From an uncultured Alphaproteobacteria bacterium (GTDB lineage Bacteria > Pseudomonadota > Alphaproteobacteria > UBA3830 > CAYLKK01): a DNA stretch of 53,450 bases. The notes beneath the pieces are model-generated. The model did no database searches. It was not told the origin of the DNA and worked only from the letters and a program-made list of their open reading frames with translations. Positions 38,140-48,025 of the stretch are shown piece by piece. The first letter of the stretch is position 1; every line of letters begins with the position of its first letter. Location of the stretch: the NCBI GenBank assembly GCA_964566185.1, contig CAZMHS010000004.1, positions 1-53,450 on the forward strand, given 5' to 3'. The position numbers and the translations under genes were made by a program.

Positions 38140-38850
38140 ATGTCTTTAAAGTTTAGTAGAGTTTTGTTGAAGCTTTCAGGTGAAGCTCTGCAGGGATCAT
38201 CGGAGTGTGGAATCGATTTTTCTGTAATATCGAGGATTTGTAGCGATATTCATGATGCAGTTAAGCTTGGTGTGCAGGTTGGAATAGTAGTTGGTGGCGG
38301 TAATATCTTTAGGGGGGTATCGGTAGCTGCTAAAGATATGAATAGAGCCAGTGCAGATTACATGGGAATGTTGGCTACAGTAATTAATGCATTAGCTTTA
38401 CAAAATGGTTTAGAAAAACTTGGAACTGAAACGGTTGTTATGTCTGCGATTAGTATGGTCGAAATCTGTGAGACCTATGTCCGTAGAAAAGCTGATGCTT
38501 ATTTATCTCGTGGCGTAGTAACGATTTTTGCCGCAGGCTCAGGGAATCCTTTTTTTACGACAGATACTGCATCATCTTTACGAGCTGCAGAGCTTGGTTG
38601 CGACGCAATTCTTAAGGCAACAAAAGTTGATGGTGTTTATACTGCAGATCCGTGTAAAAACACAGATGCTGTGTATTTGCCGTCTGTTTCATATGGTGAA
38701 GTTATATCTGGGCGCTTACGTGTTATGGATACTTCTGCTATTGCTCTTGCTGAGGAAAGTAATATTCCTATTATAGTTTTTTCAATATATGAAAGAGGAA
38801 ACTTAAATAAAATCTTGCATGGGGAGGGACATTTTACTACTATATCTTAA
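38140..38850 (+). CDS. pyrH: UMP kinase
   Basis: Motifs VLLKLSGEAL, VVGGGNIFRG and MDTSAIALA; located in a tsf-pyrH-frr context. Confidence 0.94.
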   Translation: MSLKFSRVLLKLSGEALQGSSECGIDFSVISRICSDIHDAVKLGVQVGIVVGGGNIFRGVSVAAKDMNRASADYMGMLATVINALALQNGLEKLGTETVVMSAISMVEICETYVRRKADAYLSRGVVTIFAAGSGNPFFTTDTASSLRAAELGCDAILKATKVDGVYTADPCKNTDAVYLPSVSYGEVISGRLRVMDTSAIALAEESNIPIIVFSIYERGNLNKILHGEGHFTTIS

Positions 38851-38868
38851 GAATATTGAAGGTGTTGT

Positions 38869-39420
38869 ATGGTTGAGATAACTGAATTACGGGCGAAGAT
38901 GGCTTGTGCTATTGACGCTTTTGTGCGTGAATTATCTGGCTTGAGAGCCGGGCGTGCGTCTGCTAACCTGTTAGATTCTATAATGGTTGACGCTTATGGA
39001 AGTAAGTCTCCGATAAAACAGGTGGCAAATATTAGTGTAGCCGATCATAGAATGTTAATTATTCAGGCATGGGATAAGTCAGCGATTAAACCAATTGAGG
39101 TTGCTATACAGAATTCTAGTCTTGGAGTTTCCACGCAAATAGAAGGTCAGACTATTCGTGTGATTGTTCCAGAGCTCAGTGAAGAGCGTAGGAAGGAAAT
39201 TTGTAAACTTGCTGGCAAGTATGCTGAGAACGCAAAGGTTTCTGTGCGTAATGTTCGTCGTGATGGTATGGAAGGATTAAAAAAAGCTGAGAAAAATAAG
39301 GAAATATCTGAAGATGAAGCTAAAAAACTTTCTGATAATGTCCAAAAAATCACGGATGACGCGGTAAAACAGATAGATTCAATCCTTGAGAAGAAAAATA
39401 CAGAGTTAATGAAAATTTAG
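38869..39420 (+). CDS. frr: Ribosome recycling factor
   Basis: 183 aa, with typical RRF sequence (LRAGRASANLLDSIMVDAYGS...VRNVRRDG). Confidence 0.94.
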   Translation: MVEITELRAKMACAIDAFVRELSGLRAGRASANLLDSIMVDAYGSKSPIKQVANISVADHRMLIIQAWDKSAIKPIEVAIQNSSLGVSTQIEGQTIRVIVPELSEERRKEICKLAGKYAENAKVSVRNVRRDGMEGLKKAEKNKEISEDEAKKLSDNVQKITDDAVKQIDSILEKKNTELMKI

Positions 39421-39427
39421 ATTTAGT

Positions 39428-40129
39428 ATGCTTATTCCTAAACATATATCTTTTATTGCCGATGGGAATAGACGTTGGGCTAAGTCTCGTGGCTTGCCTG
39501 CGTTTGTAGGGCACAAGCGTGGAAGTGATATCATCTTAGACATTACAGAGAAAGCTGCATCTATTGGCGTCGGATATGTGTCGTTTTTCGTTTGGTCTAA
39601 TGATAACGATATAAAACGTTCTACGCAAGAGAAAGAACATATCGTTGATATTATATGGAAATTTTGCTCAGATAGGATTGATCGCTTAAATACCATCGGT
39701 GCTAGAGTTAGAGTTTTTGGCGAACGGCCGTCGTTCGTTGATGATAAAACATACTCTTTGGTTACTAAATTGGAACGGGATACTTGTAATAATACAAAGA
39801 TTACGTTGTGTCTGTATTTCGGGTATAGTGGGAGAGATGAGATCATTCATGCAATAAAAGAGTGTGCAAAAGATGTTTCAGACAAGAAAATAAATTTGCA
39901 TGACATTAATTCTGATGTTGTAAAGTCAAAACTTTATGATTGCGATATCCCGTATCCTGAGATTTTAGTTCGTACTAGCGGTGAAAGACGTATTAGTAAT
40001 TTTACTTTATGGCAGTTAGCTTATTCTGAATTCTTTTTTGTTGATAAATATTGGCCAGATTTTTCAGGCGATGATCTGAATTATATCATAGAGCAGTTTC
40101 AAAATAGAGAAAGGCGGTATGGAGTTTAA
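39428..40129 (+). CDS. uppS: Undecaprenyl diphosphate synthase (cis-prenyltransferase)
   Basis: Motifs HISFIADGNRRWA, and RTSGERRISNFTLWQLAYSEFFF. Confidence 0.92.
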   Translation: MLIPKHISFIADGNRRWAKSRGLPAFVGHKRGSDIILDITEKAASIGVGYVSFFVWSNDNDIKRSTQEKEHIVDIIWKFCSDRIDRLNTIGARVRVFGERPSFVDDKTYSLVTKLERDTCNNTKITLCLYFGYSGRDEIIHAIKECAKDVSDKKINLHDINSDVVKSKLYDCDIPYPEILVRTSGERRISNFTLWQLAYSEFFFVDKYWPDFSGDDLNYIIEQFQNRERRYGV

Positions 40130-40766
40130 TAAGTACGCTATTAAAGATTTAAATAATCGATTGTTGTATGCGGCTTTCGTTTTGTTCGTCGGTCTTGCAT
40201 GCTTGTTAGCTAGTTCTTTGTCTACATTGATCGCTGCAACGTTCTGTTTAGCGTGTATCATATATGAGATTCTATTTTATACACCGCGTGGATTTTATGT
40301 GTTAAAATTTATATCGTCAATGATTTGCCTGTTTGGAATATTTTTATTTGTAGTATATCGCTTTATTTTTGGCGTAGAAGTTTGTTTGTTTCTTATTTGC
40401 ATCGCTAGCGGTGCTGATATTGGTGGATATTTTTTCGGCAAGTTTTTTGGTAAGACTAAACTGTGTCCTAGTATTAGTCCAAACAAAACAGTTGAGGGCT
40501 TTTTTGGCAGTGTATTGCTCGGTAATGTATTAGCTGCGGTTTGTAATCACTATTTCGGTTTAATGGTACATTTTTTGGCTATACAATTCATTTTGTTTTT
40601 TGCAATTCTTGGAGATTTGTTTGAATCAAAGATAAAGCGCATGCTCGGTATAAAAGATTTTGGCCATTGTTTAGGTGATCATGGAGGTATGTTTGACCGC
40701 TTCGATAGTCTTGTTTTTGCATCTATTAGTTTTTGTGCAATTTGTGTAATAGGACGGTTTTTATGA
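40119..40766 (+). CDS. cdsA: Phosphatidate cytidylyltransferase
   Basis: A polytopic membrane protein with the signature SPNKTVEGFFGS...DLFESKIKR...GHGGMFDRFDS. Confidence 0.9.
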   Translation: MEFNKYAIKDLNNRLLYAAFVLFVGLACLLASSLSTLIAATFCLACIIYEILFYTPRGFYVLKFISSMICLFGIFLFVVYRFIFGVEVCLFLICIASGADIGGYFFGKFFGKTKLCPSISPNKTVEGFFGSVLLGNVLAAVCNHYFGLMVHFLAIQFILFFAILGDLFESKIKRMLGIKDFGHCLGDHGGMFDRFDSLVFASISFCAICVIGRFL

Positions 40767-41896
40767 TTGATTCTCTTTGTTATGTTGTTTCTTTTTTATT
40801 CATCATTACTTTAATTGTTTTTGTGCACGAGTTTGGGCACTACATTGCTGCAAGACGAGCTGGAGTTAAGATTCTGACTTTTTCTATAGGTATGGGGCCT
40901 GAATTGTTCGGATTTTATGATAAGCACGGTACAAGGTGGCGCTTTTCTCTGATTCCTGTCGGAGGTTATGTTATGATGTTAGGAGATGAGGATATTTCTA
41001 GTGCGCAAGCCGATGAAAATGTTGAAAAATTATCAGATGAAGAAAAAAAACAGGCGTTTCATCTGAAAAGTAATTGGCAAAAAATGTGGATTTCATTTTG
41101 TGGTCCATTTGCAAATTACATCTATGCGTTTATTATGATGATTTTTGTTTTTGTTTTTGTCGGTACTCCGATTAATACCGCAGAAATATCTAGTGTTATG
41201 CCGGATAGTCCAGCTTATAATGCAGGGCTAAAAGAGGGAGATGTAATCAAAACGATTAATGGTCGTGAAGTAAATCGCGTAGAAAAAGTCACGATGATTA
41301 TTAATTCATTAAAAGAAAAGTCGGTGTCTATTGTAGTAAATAGAAATGGCTCCGAAATGACGTTTAACGTGACGCCAGAGGAGAAGCATGGGCGTTCTTT
41401 ATTTGGAAAAAGGAAGGTTAGTAAGCATATAGGTGTCGCTTTTTCGATGAGTAGATATGAGAAAGTCAACCTTGTTAATGCTGTTCGTAGCTCGTTTATA
41501 ACATGTGTAGATTCGACAATCATGATGTATACTTTATTTAAAAAACTGTTTTCTGGACAGCAGTCTGTCGATAATCTCGGTGGCGTTGTTTATATGGCTA
41601 GTGTCGCTGGAGATATAGCAAAAACAGGTAATTTTGTTATGTTGCTAATGTTTACAGTGACGTTATCGTTAAATCTTGGGTTTATTAATTTGCTGCCATT
41701 TCCTGTTGTCGATGGCGGAAATATTTTAGTCAGCCTAATAGAGCAGTGTATAGGTAGATCGATAAATAGAAAATTGATGAATTATATAATGTCAATAGGA
41801 GGTGTTTGTTTGATATTTTTGATGTGTCTTACAACATTAAATGATATACTACGATTTAAAGTTGTGAATGATTGGTTCTTGTCACTGTTTAATTAG
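40763..41896 (+). CDS. rseP: RIP zinc metalloprotease RseP (site-2 protease)
   Basis: The likely start is ATG 40763 (MIDSLCYVV...). It has a HEFGHY zinc motif in TM1, a PDZ domain (SPAYNAGLKEGDVI) and a C-terminal NLLPFPVVDGG motif. Confidence 0.9.
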   Translation: MIDSLCYVVSFLFIITLIVFVHEFGHYIAARRAGVKILTFSIGMGPELFGFYDKHGTRWRFSLIPVGGYVMMLGDEDISSAQADENVEKLSDEEKKQAFHLKSNWQKMWISFCGPFANYIYAFIMMIFVFVFVGTPINTAEISSVMPDSPAYNAGLKEGDVIKTINGREVNRVEKVTMIINSLKEKSVSIVVNRNGSEMTFNVTPEEKHGRSLFGKRKVSKHIGVAFSMSRYEKVNLVNAVRSSFITCVDSTIMMYTLFKKLFSGQQSVDNLGGVVYMASVAGDIAKTGNFVMLLMFTVTLSLNLGFINLLPFPVVDGGNILVSLIEQCIGRSINRKLMNYIMSIGGVCLIFLMCLTTLNDILRFKVVNDWFLSLFN

Positions 41897-41911
41897 GGAG
41901 CGTATTAGATT

Positions 41912-44329
41912 ATGTCAAGAGGCATGTGTTTCTTGTGTTCGTCTGTTGCTATTTTACCGTTGATTGCAGAGTCTAATGATAAGTGTTCTGTTAAGTGCTC
42001 ATCGGTTGATATGTTTGAAAGTAGTAATCAACCTTCAAGGATAGAGTATCCGAATTTGCGCATTGACGGGTTAGATAAAGTGCATAGAGACGTAGTCATT
42101 AACTTGCTTGTTTCTTCAGTAAATGGAAATGTTGATGTTGATGAATCGATAAAGTCAATATATCGTTCAGGAATATTTTCTGATGTATCAATAACGTCGT
42201 TAGATCGTGGAATTGTTGTCGTTAAAGTAAAGGAAAATCCATCGATAGAACGATTAAGATTTGAGGGAAATGATAATATAAAAGATGAAATGTTAAAAAA
42301 CGTTATAAACGATAGAATGGCTGAAGGAAAGATGTTCAATAAGTCATTGATTTATGACATTGTAAGCGATTTGCAAATTGCATATCGTTTTAACGGATAT
42401 CCTTCTGCTGTTATAGAACCAAAAATAATTCGTAGAAATGGAAACAAAGTTGACGTCATCTTTGAAATTTCAGAGGGTAAGAAGGCATTAGTATCTAAGA
42501 TCATTTTTACAGGCAATAAGCATTATGGAAAGGATGTTTTGAAAGAAAAAATAGAAACAAAGGAAAAAGCAACATGGCGATTTTTGAATAGCGATGTGTC
42601 AGTTTTCGGTTTTGAAAAATCGAAACTAGATCAGGAAGCGTTAAATGATTTCTATAAGAATAGTGGTTTTATTGATTTCAAGGTAAATAAGATTATTCCT
42701 GAACTTGATACAAAAAAAGAACACTCATATCTGACGGTAATGTTGCACGAAGGTGAGCAATTTAGAATAAGTAATATCGAAATAAAAAGTAAAAGTAAGC
42801 GTGTTGCGGCTCCTAGCATTGAACAATGCAGATTACCAGTAATCGTTGGTGACCTGTATAGTGAAAAGTCGTTGGAAATTGCTAGATTAAATATACTTGA
42901 TCTGCTTGCTAATAAAGGTTATGTCTTTGTTGACGTGAAAACAGATTTGCATATTGATCGAGAGAAAAAATGTATTAATGTTAGTTTTTCTATTATTGAT
43001 GCGCCTAGGGTTTATGTCGAACGAATAGAGATAGAGGGAAATGCAAAAACAGAAGACTCTGTCGTTCGTAGGTATTTGGTTATGCACGAAGGAGATCCTC
43101 AGTCTGAGTATGATATTTATAGATCAAGAGAGGCATTGCTTGAAACAGGTTTTTTTTCTGATGTGAATATATACAGTGAACGTGGTAGCTTCGATGATCG
43201 TGTCGTATTGAAGGTTGTAGTAAAAGAGTCTGAAGAAACAAGCACGATAAGTTTGGCTCTTACTGCTGCGGATCAAGATGGATTTGGCGGTATGATCGCG
43301 TATTCTGATACTAATTTTATGGGAAGGGGGCAGACGATATCTTCTGATGTTCAACTTGCTCAAAAAATGGTTAGCGGAACTGTTAGTTTGTATGAGCCGC
43401 GTTTTATTTGGGATAATGTTGCTGGTGAGATAGAGTTTGGTGGAGCTAAGCGTTCTAGAAAAAGACAAGAACATTCTGATTACAAAGATATTCACATTAC
43501 CCCGTCTGTAATGTACGATATTAATCGTAATCTTTCACATAGAGTGTCATGTAATTTAATGTTTAGTAAAAAAGTTTGGGTTGGTAATGATGGACATCGA
43601 TATAATCGTATTCCTGCATTTCATTCTGGTAAGACATTTTTGGAAGATGAATACGGCAATTTTTCGTCGTCAGAGCTTTCTTCTACATTAACGTATAAGG
43701 ATAGATTTAAAACAAAACAAGGTGTTAGTGGATATTCTGTTTCCTTGAGAAATGCATATTCTGGTGTAGCTTCTAATACAAAATATTTTAGAAATTCTAT
43801 ATCGGCTGAGTATTTTACGCCATGTCATGCGATAGATAATAAAACAGCTTTTGTTATAAATGGTTGTTTATCAATTATGCATGATATAAAAAATGTTAGA
43901 GGATTTTTCCGTCATCAACCTGGAGCAGATGGGCAGTCATTTAGAGGATTCGATACAGTCAGTCCGAGGGAATCTTTTACAGGCGATTGTATAGGTGGTT
44001 TAAAAATGTGGAATATGAGTGCTCAGTTGCGTAGGCCGATTAGCGGTCAAGATCTTGGCGTATTCGGTTCTCTCTTTGTTGATATTGGTAGTGTTTGGGG
44101 TGTGCCTCATAAGTACAAAAACAAAACATTATCTTGGGATGAAACAGTTAATGGCGCTAACGTAAAATGCATAAATAAAATTAATGATTCAGCAAGTCCA
44201 AGAATTTCTCTTGGTTTTGCTATTGAATGGAAGAAATGTCCATTAGGTACGCCTATATCTTTCATCTTTGCTGCTCCAGTAAAGAAGTGTAGACATGATG
44301 TTCGGCGTGCGTTTACATTGGGAATGTGA
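41912..44329 (+). CDS. bamA: Outer membrane protein assembly factor BamA
   Basis: About 800 aa, with repeated POTRA-like units (e.g. I..I.F.GN patterns such as KIIFTGNKHY and IEIEGNAKTED) and a C-terminal beta-barrel. Conserved rseP-bamA-skp-lpxD context. Confidence 0.9.
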   Translation: MSRGMCFLCSSVAILPLIAESNDKCSVKCSSVDMFESSNQPSRIEYPNLRIDGLDKVHRDVVINLLVSSVNGNVDVDESIKSIYRSGIFSDVSITSLDRGIVVVKVKENPSIERLRFEGNDNIKDEMLKNVINDRMAEGKMFNKSLIYDIVSDLQIAYRFNGYPSAVIEPKIIRRNGNKVDVIFEISEGKKALVSKIIFTGNKHYGKDVLKEKIETKEKATWRFLNSDVSVFGFEKSKLDQEALNDFYKNSGFIDFKVNKIIPELDTKKEHSYLTVMLHEGEQFRISNIEIKSKSKRVAAPSIEQCRLPVIVGDLYSEKSLEIARLNILDLLANKGYVFVDVKTDLHIDREKKCINVSFSIIDAPRVYVERIEIEGNAKTEDSVVRRYLVMHEGDPQSEYDIYRSREALLETGFFSDVNIYSERGSFDDRVVLKVVVKESEETSTISLALTAADQDGFGGMIAYSDTNFMGRGQTISSDVQLAQKMVSGTVSLYEPRFIWDNVAGEIEFGGAKRSRKRQEHSDYKDIHITPSVMYDINRNLSHRVSCNLMFSKKVWVGNDGHRYNRIPAFHSGKTFLEDEYGNFSSSELSSTLTYKDRFKTKQGVSGYSVSLRNAYSGVASNTKYFRNSISAEYFTPCHAIDNKTAFVINGCLSIMHDIKNVRGFFRHQPGADGQSFRGFDTVSPRESFTGDCIGGLKMWNMSAQLRRPISGQDLGVFGSLFVDIGSVWGVPHKYKNKTLSWDETVNGANVKCINKINDSASPRISLGFAIEWKKCPLGTPISFIFAAPVKKCRHDVRRAFTLGM

Positions 44330-44330
44330 T

Positions 44331-44894
44331 ATGAAAAGGAAGCTTTTGTTTTCATTAATAACGTGTTGTTTTTGTTGCATTTCTTATGCAGATGTAAGAA
44401 TTGGTATTGTGAATTACACAAAAATTATCGATGATAGTAAGGTTGGTAAAGACGCTAAAACGAAAATAAAAAAATTAATGGATGATGTTCGTCGCAAGTT
44501 TGCTGTTTTAGAAGATATTTTAAGAGATTCGAAAAATAAAACGATAAATAATTCCAAGTCGCTTGGCGTTGTTTTTGGTAATAAGTCAGAGTTTGACATA
44601 AAAGTTTACGAAAATAGTAATGAGAAAGATAAGTATCTTATGTTACATTCTTTCGCTCGGCGGAAATCTGATGAGGTAGCTGAAATTGCGGCTGAGGCGA
44701 GGAGATTATTAGAACGATTTGCATATAGTATGATCAAACGTATTGCAAAGCATAAAAGTGTTGATATTATCGTTGATAGTTCTTCTGTTTTGTATAAGTC
44801 TGACGTTGTAATTGATATCACAAGTGATGTGATTAAATGTATGGATAGTAATTGTAATGAATTTAAATTACCGAGTAGGTTGAATAAAAAATGA
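44331..44894 (+). CDS. OmpH/Skp-like periplasmic chaperone
   Basis: I place the start at ATG 44331 (MKRKLLFSLITCCFCCISYA signal peptide). It looks like a helical basic protein, and it sits between bamA and lpxD. Confidence 0.65.
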   Translation: MKRKLLFSLITCCFCCISYADVRIGIVNYTKIIDDSKVGKDAKTKIKKLMDDVRRKFAVLEDILRDSKNKTINNSKSLGVVFGNKSEFDIKVYENSNEKDKYLMLHSFARRKSDEVAEIAAEARRLLERFAYSMIKRIAKHKSVDIIVDSSSVLYKSDVVIDITSDVIKCMDSNCNEFKLPSRLNKK

Positions 44895-45904
44895 TTAGTA
44901 CGTTTTTTGATAGTCCGCAAAATGTAAGTGCGGTTAAATTAGCTGAAGTGTGTTGCTGTAAAGTTATCGGAAATGATGCTGCCGTTGTTAATAATTTCGC
45001 GACATTAGGAAAAGCTAAAAGTAATGAGCTTTCGTTTTTTGGTAATGTAAAATATCTTGCTGAGTTAAAAGCAACGCATGCTGGTATTGTCATTTTAGAC
45101 GAAAAGTATATTGATTATCTTCCATCTTCTGCAACTGCTTTGGTATGCAAAAATGTGATGGCGGCATATGCTAAAGCTGTAGAATTTATGTGTCCAGCTG
45201 CGGAAAAAGAAAGCAATATAGCTAGTACAGCAATCATAGACGAATCTGCAATAATTGGAAAGAATGTTTCTATTGGAGAGTATGTTGTTGTAGGAAAGGG
45301 GGCTGTTATTGGTGACGGTTGTTCTATAGATTGTTATACAAAAGTAGGCGATAAAGTGCAAATCGGCGTAAATTGCCGTATAGCATCGCATGTTTCTATA
45401 GAATATGCTATCTTAGGTGATTGCGTTTTTGTCCATTCTGGAGCAAAAATAGGACAGGCAGGCTTTGGCATTGTTCCTGATGGCGACCGTATGGTTTATA
45501 TTAGACAGCTCGGGCGTGTTATTATAGGAAATCATGTGAGGATTGGAGCAAACACGACGATAGACCGTGGTGCGATAGATGATACAATAATTGGGGATGA
45601 AACGATTATTGATAATTTAGTGCAAATAGCGCATAATGTGAACGTCGGCCGGATGGTGACGTTAGTAGCTCAAGTTGGAATAGCTGGTAGTTCTGTGATA
45701 GGCGATAGGGCTGTGCTTGCTGGACAGGTCGGAGTAGCAGGTCACGTTACGGTTGGAAAAAATGCGATAGTTGCGGCTAAATCGGGGATAGCTTCTTCTG
45801 TGAAAGATGGCAGCATTGTTGGCGGTATTCCTGCTGTAGATATAATGGTGTGGAAAAGGCAGTCAGCATTCCTAAAAAAAGCAGTGTCGAAGAAAGACGC
45901 ATAA
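44891..45904 (+). CDS. lpxD: UDP-3-O-acylglucosamine N-acyltransferase
   Basis: Contains a long run of left-handed beta-helix hexapeptide repeats (I/V-G-x-x-x-x), is 337 aa long and lies directly upstream of fabZ-lpxA. Confidence 0.9.
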   Translation: MISTFFDSPQNVSAVKLAEVCCCKVIGNDAAVVNNFATLGKAKSNELSFFGNVKYLAELKATHAGIVILDEKYIDYLPSSATALVCKNVMAAYAKAVEFMCPAAEKESNIASTAIIDESAIIGKNVSIGEYVVVGKGAVIGDGCSIDCYTKVGDKVQIGVNCRIASHVSIEYAILGDCVFVHSGAKIGQAGFGIVPDGDRMVYIRQLGRVIIGNHVRIGANTTIDRGAIDDTIIGDETIIDNLVQIAHNVNVGRMVTLVAQVGIAGSSVIGDRAVLAGQVGVAGHVTVGKNAIVAAKSGIASSVKDGSIVGGIPAVDIMVWKRQSAFLKKAVSKKDA

Positions 45905-45920
45905 ATATTGGAGTTAAAGA

Positions 45921-46367
45921 ATGAGCGGAAATTCTCTAAGTTTAGATGAAATAAAAAAGTGCCTTCCTCACAGATATCCTATGTTGCTTGTAGATAGGAT
46001 CGATGAATATATCGTGGGAGAAAGTGCTGTTGGAGTAAAAAATGTTACGGCGAATGAACCATTTTTTCAGGGGCATTTTCCAGCGAAAGAAATAATGCCT
46101 GGAGTACTAATAATTGAAGCATTAGGACAAACAGCGGGCGTGCTTGTTTGCAAAACTATGGATTTAGATGGAGCTGGCGGACTTGTGTATTTTATGTCTA
46201 TAGAAAATGCAAAGTTTAGGAAGCTAGTTGCTCCTGGCGACGTACTAAAACTGCATGTATCTAAAGAACGTTCGCGTGGGAATGTGTGGCGTTTTAGTGG
46301 GGAGGCTCGTGTTAACGGCGAGTTGGTCGCTGAAGCGGTGTTTTCTGCGATGATTGTGCAAAAATAG
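45921..46367 (+). CDS. fabZ: 3-hydroxyacyl-[ACP] dehydratase FabZ
   Basis: Motifs LPHRYPMLLVDRI and FFQGHFPAKEIMPGVLIIEALGQ. Confidence 0.94.
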   Translation: MSGNSLSLDEIKKCLPHRYPMLLVDRIDEYIVGESAVGVKNVTANEPFFQGHFPAKEIMPGVLIIEALGQTAGVLVCKTMDLDGAGGLVYFMSIENAKFRKLVAPGDVLKLHVSKERSRGNVWRFSGEARVNGELVAEAVFSAMIVQK

Positions 46368-46379
46368 TGGAGAAGTGTC

Positions 46380-47183
46380 ATTAACATTCATCATACAGCA
46401 ATTGTAGATAGTTCTGCAGAGATAGATTCAGATGTCGATATAGGGCCTTATTGCATAGTCGGTCCAAATGTCGTTTTGCGTGCTCGTGTTAGGCTGGTAT
46501 CTCATGTGTGTATTAGTGGTATTACTACTATTGGTGAGAATACAGAGATATATCCATTCGCGTCAATAGGATATAAACCGCAAGATTTAAAATATCGAGG
46601 AGAGAAGTCTGAAGTAATAATTGGAAAGAATAACTCGATAAGGGAGTATGTTACAATTAATCCTGGTACAGAAAATGGTATTATGAAAACAGTCGTTGGT
46701 GATAGCAATTTGTTAATGGCTCATGTCCATGTCGCTCATGATTGTGTGCTCGGAAATGGTATCGTGTGTGCGAATGCGGCCACTTTAGCTGGCCATGTAA
46801 CTGTTAATGATCACGCTGTATTAGGTGGATTGTGTGCTATACATCAATGGGTAAGAATTGGTACATGTTCAATGGTTGGTGGCATGTCAGGTGTCGAGCG
46901 TGATGTTATTCCATATTCTACAGTTGAAGGAAATAGAGCTACTGTACGTGGGCTTAATGTTTTAGGCCTGAAACGTCGAGGAGCATCTTTGGACGAGATA
47001 TCCTGCTTGAAAAAGATGCTTTGTGCTGTTTATGATGCGTCAAATACGATTAATAAAAATATTGAAAATATAGACGCTAATTATACTGTAAAATATAGTA
47101 CTGAACAGGATGTCATAGATTTTATTAAATCAAAGAGCAGACGATCGTTTTGTCAGTTCTTCGAAAAAGAACAGAGATGCTAG
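46380..47183 (+). CDS. lpxA: UDP-N-acetylglucosamine O-acyltransferase LpxA, apparently with a non-canonical ATT start
   Basis: The track ORF starts at TTG 46476. However, the in-frame upstream codons encode INIHHTAIVDSSAEIDSDVDIGPYCIVGPNVVL, which matches the conserved LpxA N-terminus (E. coli: [31 protein letters not shown]). Between the in-frame TAG at 46365 and 46476 there is no ATG, GTG or TTG. GGAG (46369-46372) lies 7 nt before ATT 46380. Confidence 0.85.
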   Translation: MNIHHTAIVDSSAEIDSDVDIGPYCIVGPNVVLRARVRLVSHVCISGITTIGENTEIYPFASIGYKPQDLKYRGEKSEVIIGKNNSIREYVTINPGTENGIMKTVVGDSNLLMAHVHVAHDCVLGNGIVCANAATLAGHVTVNDHAVLGGLCAIHQWVRIGTCSMVGGMSGVERDVIPYSTVEGNRATVRGLNVLGLKRRGASLDEISCLKKMLCAVYDASNTINKNIENIDANYTVKYSTEQDVIDFIKSKSRRSFCQFFEKEQRC

Positions 47184-48025
47184 CAATTGTTTGTGGCGGT
47201 GGACATTATCCGTTAGAGATAGCAAAGTGTTGTCAAAACGCGAATGTCGACTTTGTCTTAGCTTTTGTTCGTGGTTCCGCGGACGAATCTTTGCCGTGGC
47301 CTGTTGTTTCACGTGAAACATTCGATATTTGCGAGTTAAATAAACTACTTCATTTTTTACAAGATAATAGCGTAGATTCGTTAATATTTGCTGGACATAT
47401 AAAACGACCGAATTTATTCTCTTTAGTACTTGATAAAACGGCTCAGGAATGGATAAAAAAAATCGGAACGAAAGTTCTCTCTGGCGATGATGGGTTATTA
47501 CGGGCGATAGCTGACTTATTCGCTCTCGAAGGAATTTCCGTCATCGATCCGAAGGTGTATACTGAGACTCTAAAAGTAAATGATAACGTATTAACTGTAG
47601 CTAGACCATCACAACAGGATATGGTCGACGTTTTTAAAGGAATTAGCATATTAAATAGTTTGAGCTCCTATGATATAGGACAGAGCGTTATTATTGAAAA
47701 TGGCATTGTGATTGGGATCGAATGCGTTGAAGGGACTGATGCACTTATTACAAGGTGCAGGAATATTAAAAAGACAAAAAACGATGGCGTTTTGGTGAAG
47801 ATGTCCAAAATAGATCAGGATCATCGATTTGATCTTCCGACAATAGGCCTGAATACGATTGAAGCATGCCATCTAGCTGGGTTGCGAGGAATTGCGATAG
47901 AAAAGAGAAATAGTATCTTTTTAGATCGGGAAGACGCTATTTCGTTTGCTGATAAATATGGTATATTTGTCATAGCTGTTAATAAAGAACAGGAATTACG
48001 TGAATGCATAAGCGAGTATTTATAA
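47177..48025 (+). CDS. lpxI: UDP-2,3-diacylglucosamine diphosphatase LpxI (DUF1009 family)
   Basis: The N-terminus MLAIVCGGGHYPLEIA and the position between lpxA and lpxB are typical of alphaproteobacterial LpxI. Its ATG overlaps the lpxA stop (ATGCTAG). Confidence 0.8.
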   Translation: MLAIVCGGGHYPLEIAKCCQNANVDFVLAFVRGSADESLPWPVVSRETFDICELNKLLHFLQDNSVDSLIFAGHIKRPNLFSLVLDKTAQEWIKKIGTKVLSGDDGLLRAIADLFALEGISVIDPKVYTETLKVNDNVLTVARPSQQDMVDVFKGISILNSLSSYDIGQSVIIENGIVIGIECVEGTDALITRCRNIKKTKNDGVLVKMSKIDQDHRFDLPTIGLNTIEACHLAGLRGIAIEKRNSIFLDREDAISFADKYGIFVIAVNKEQELRECISEYL

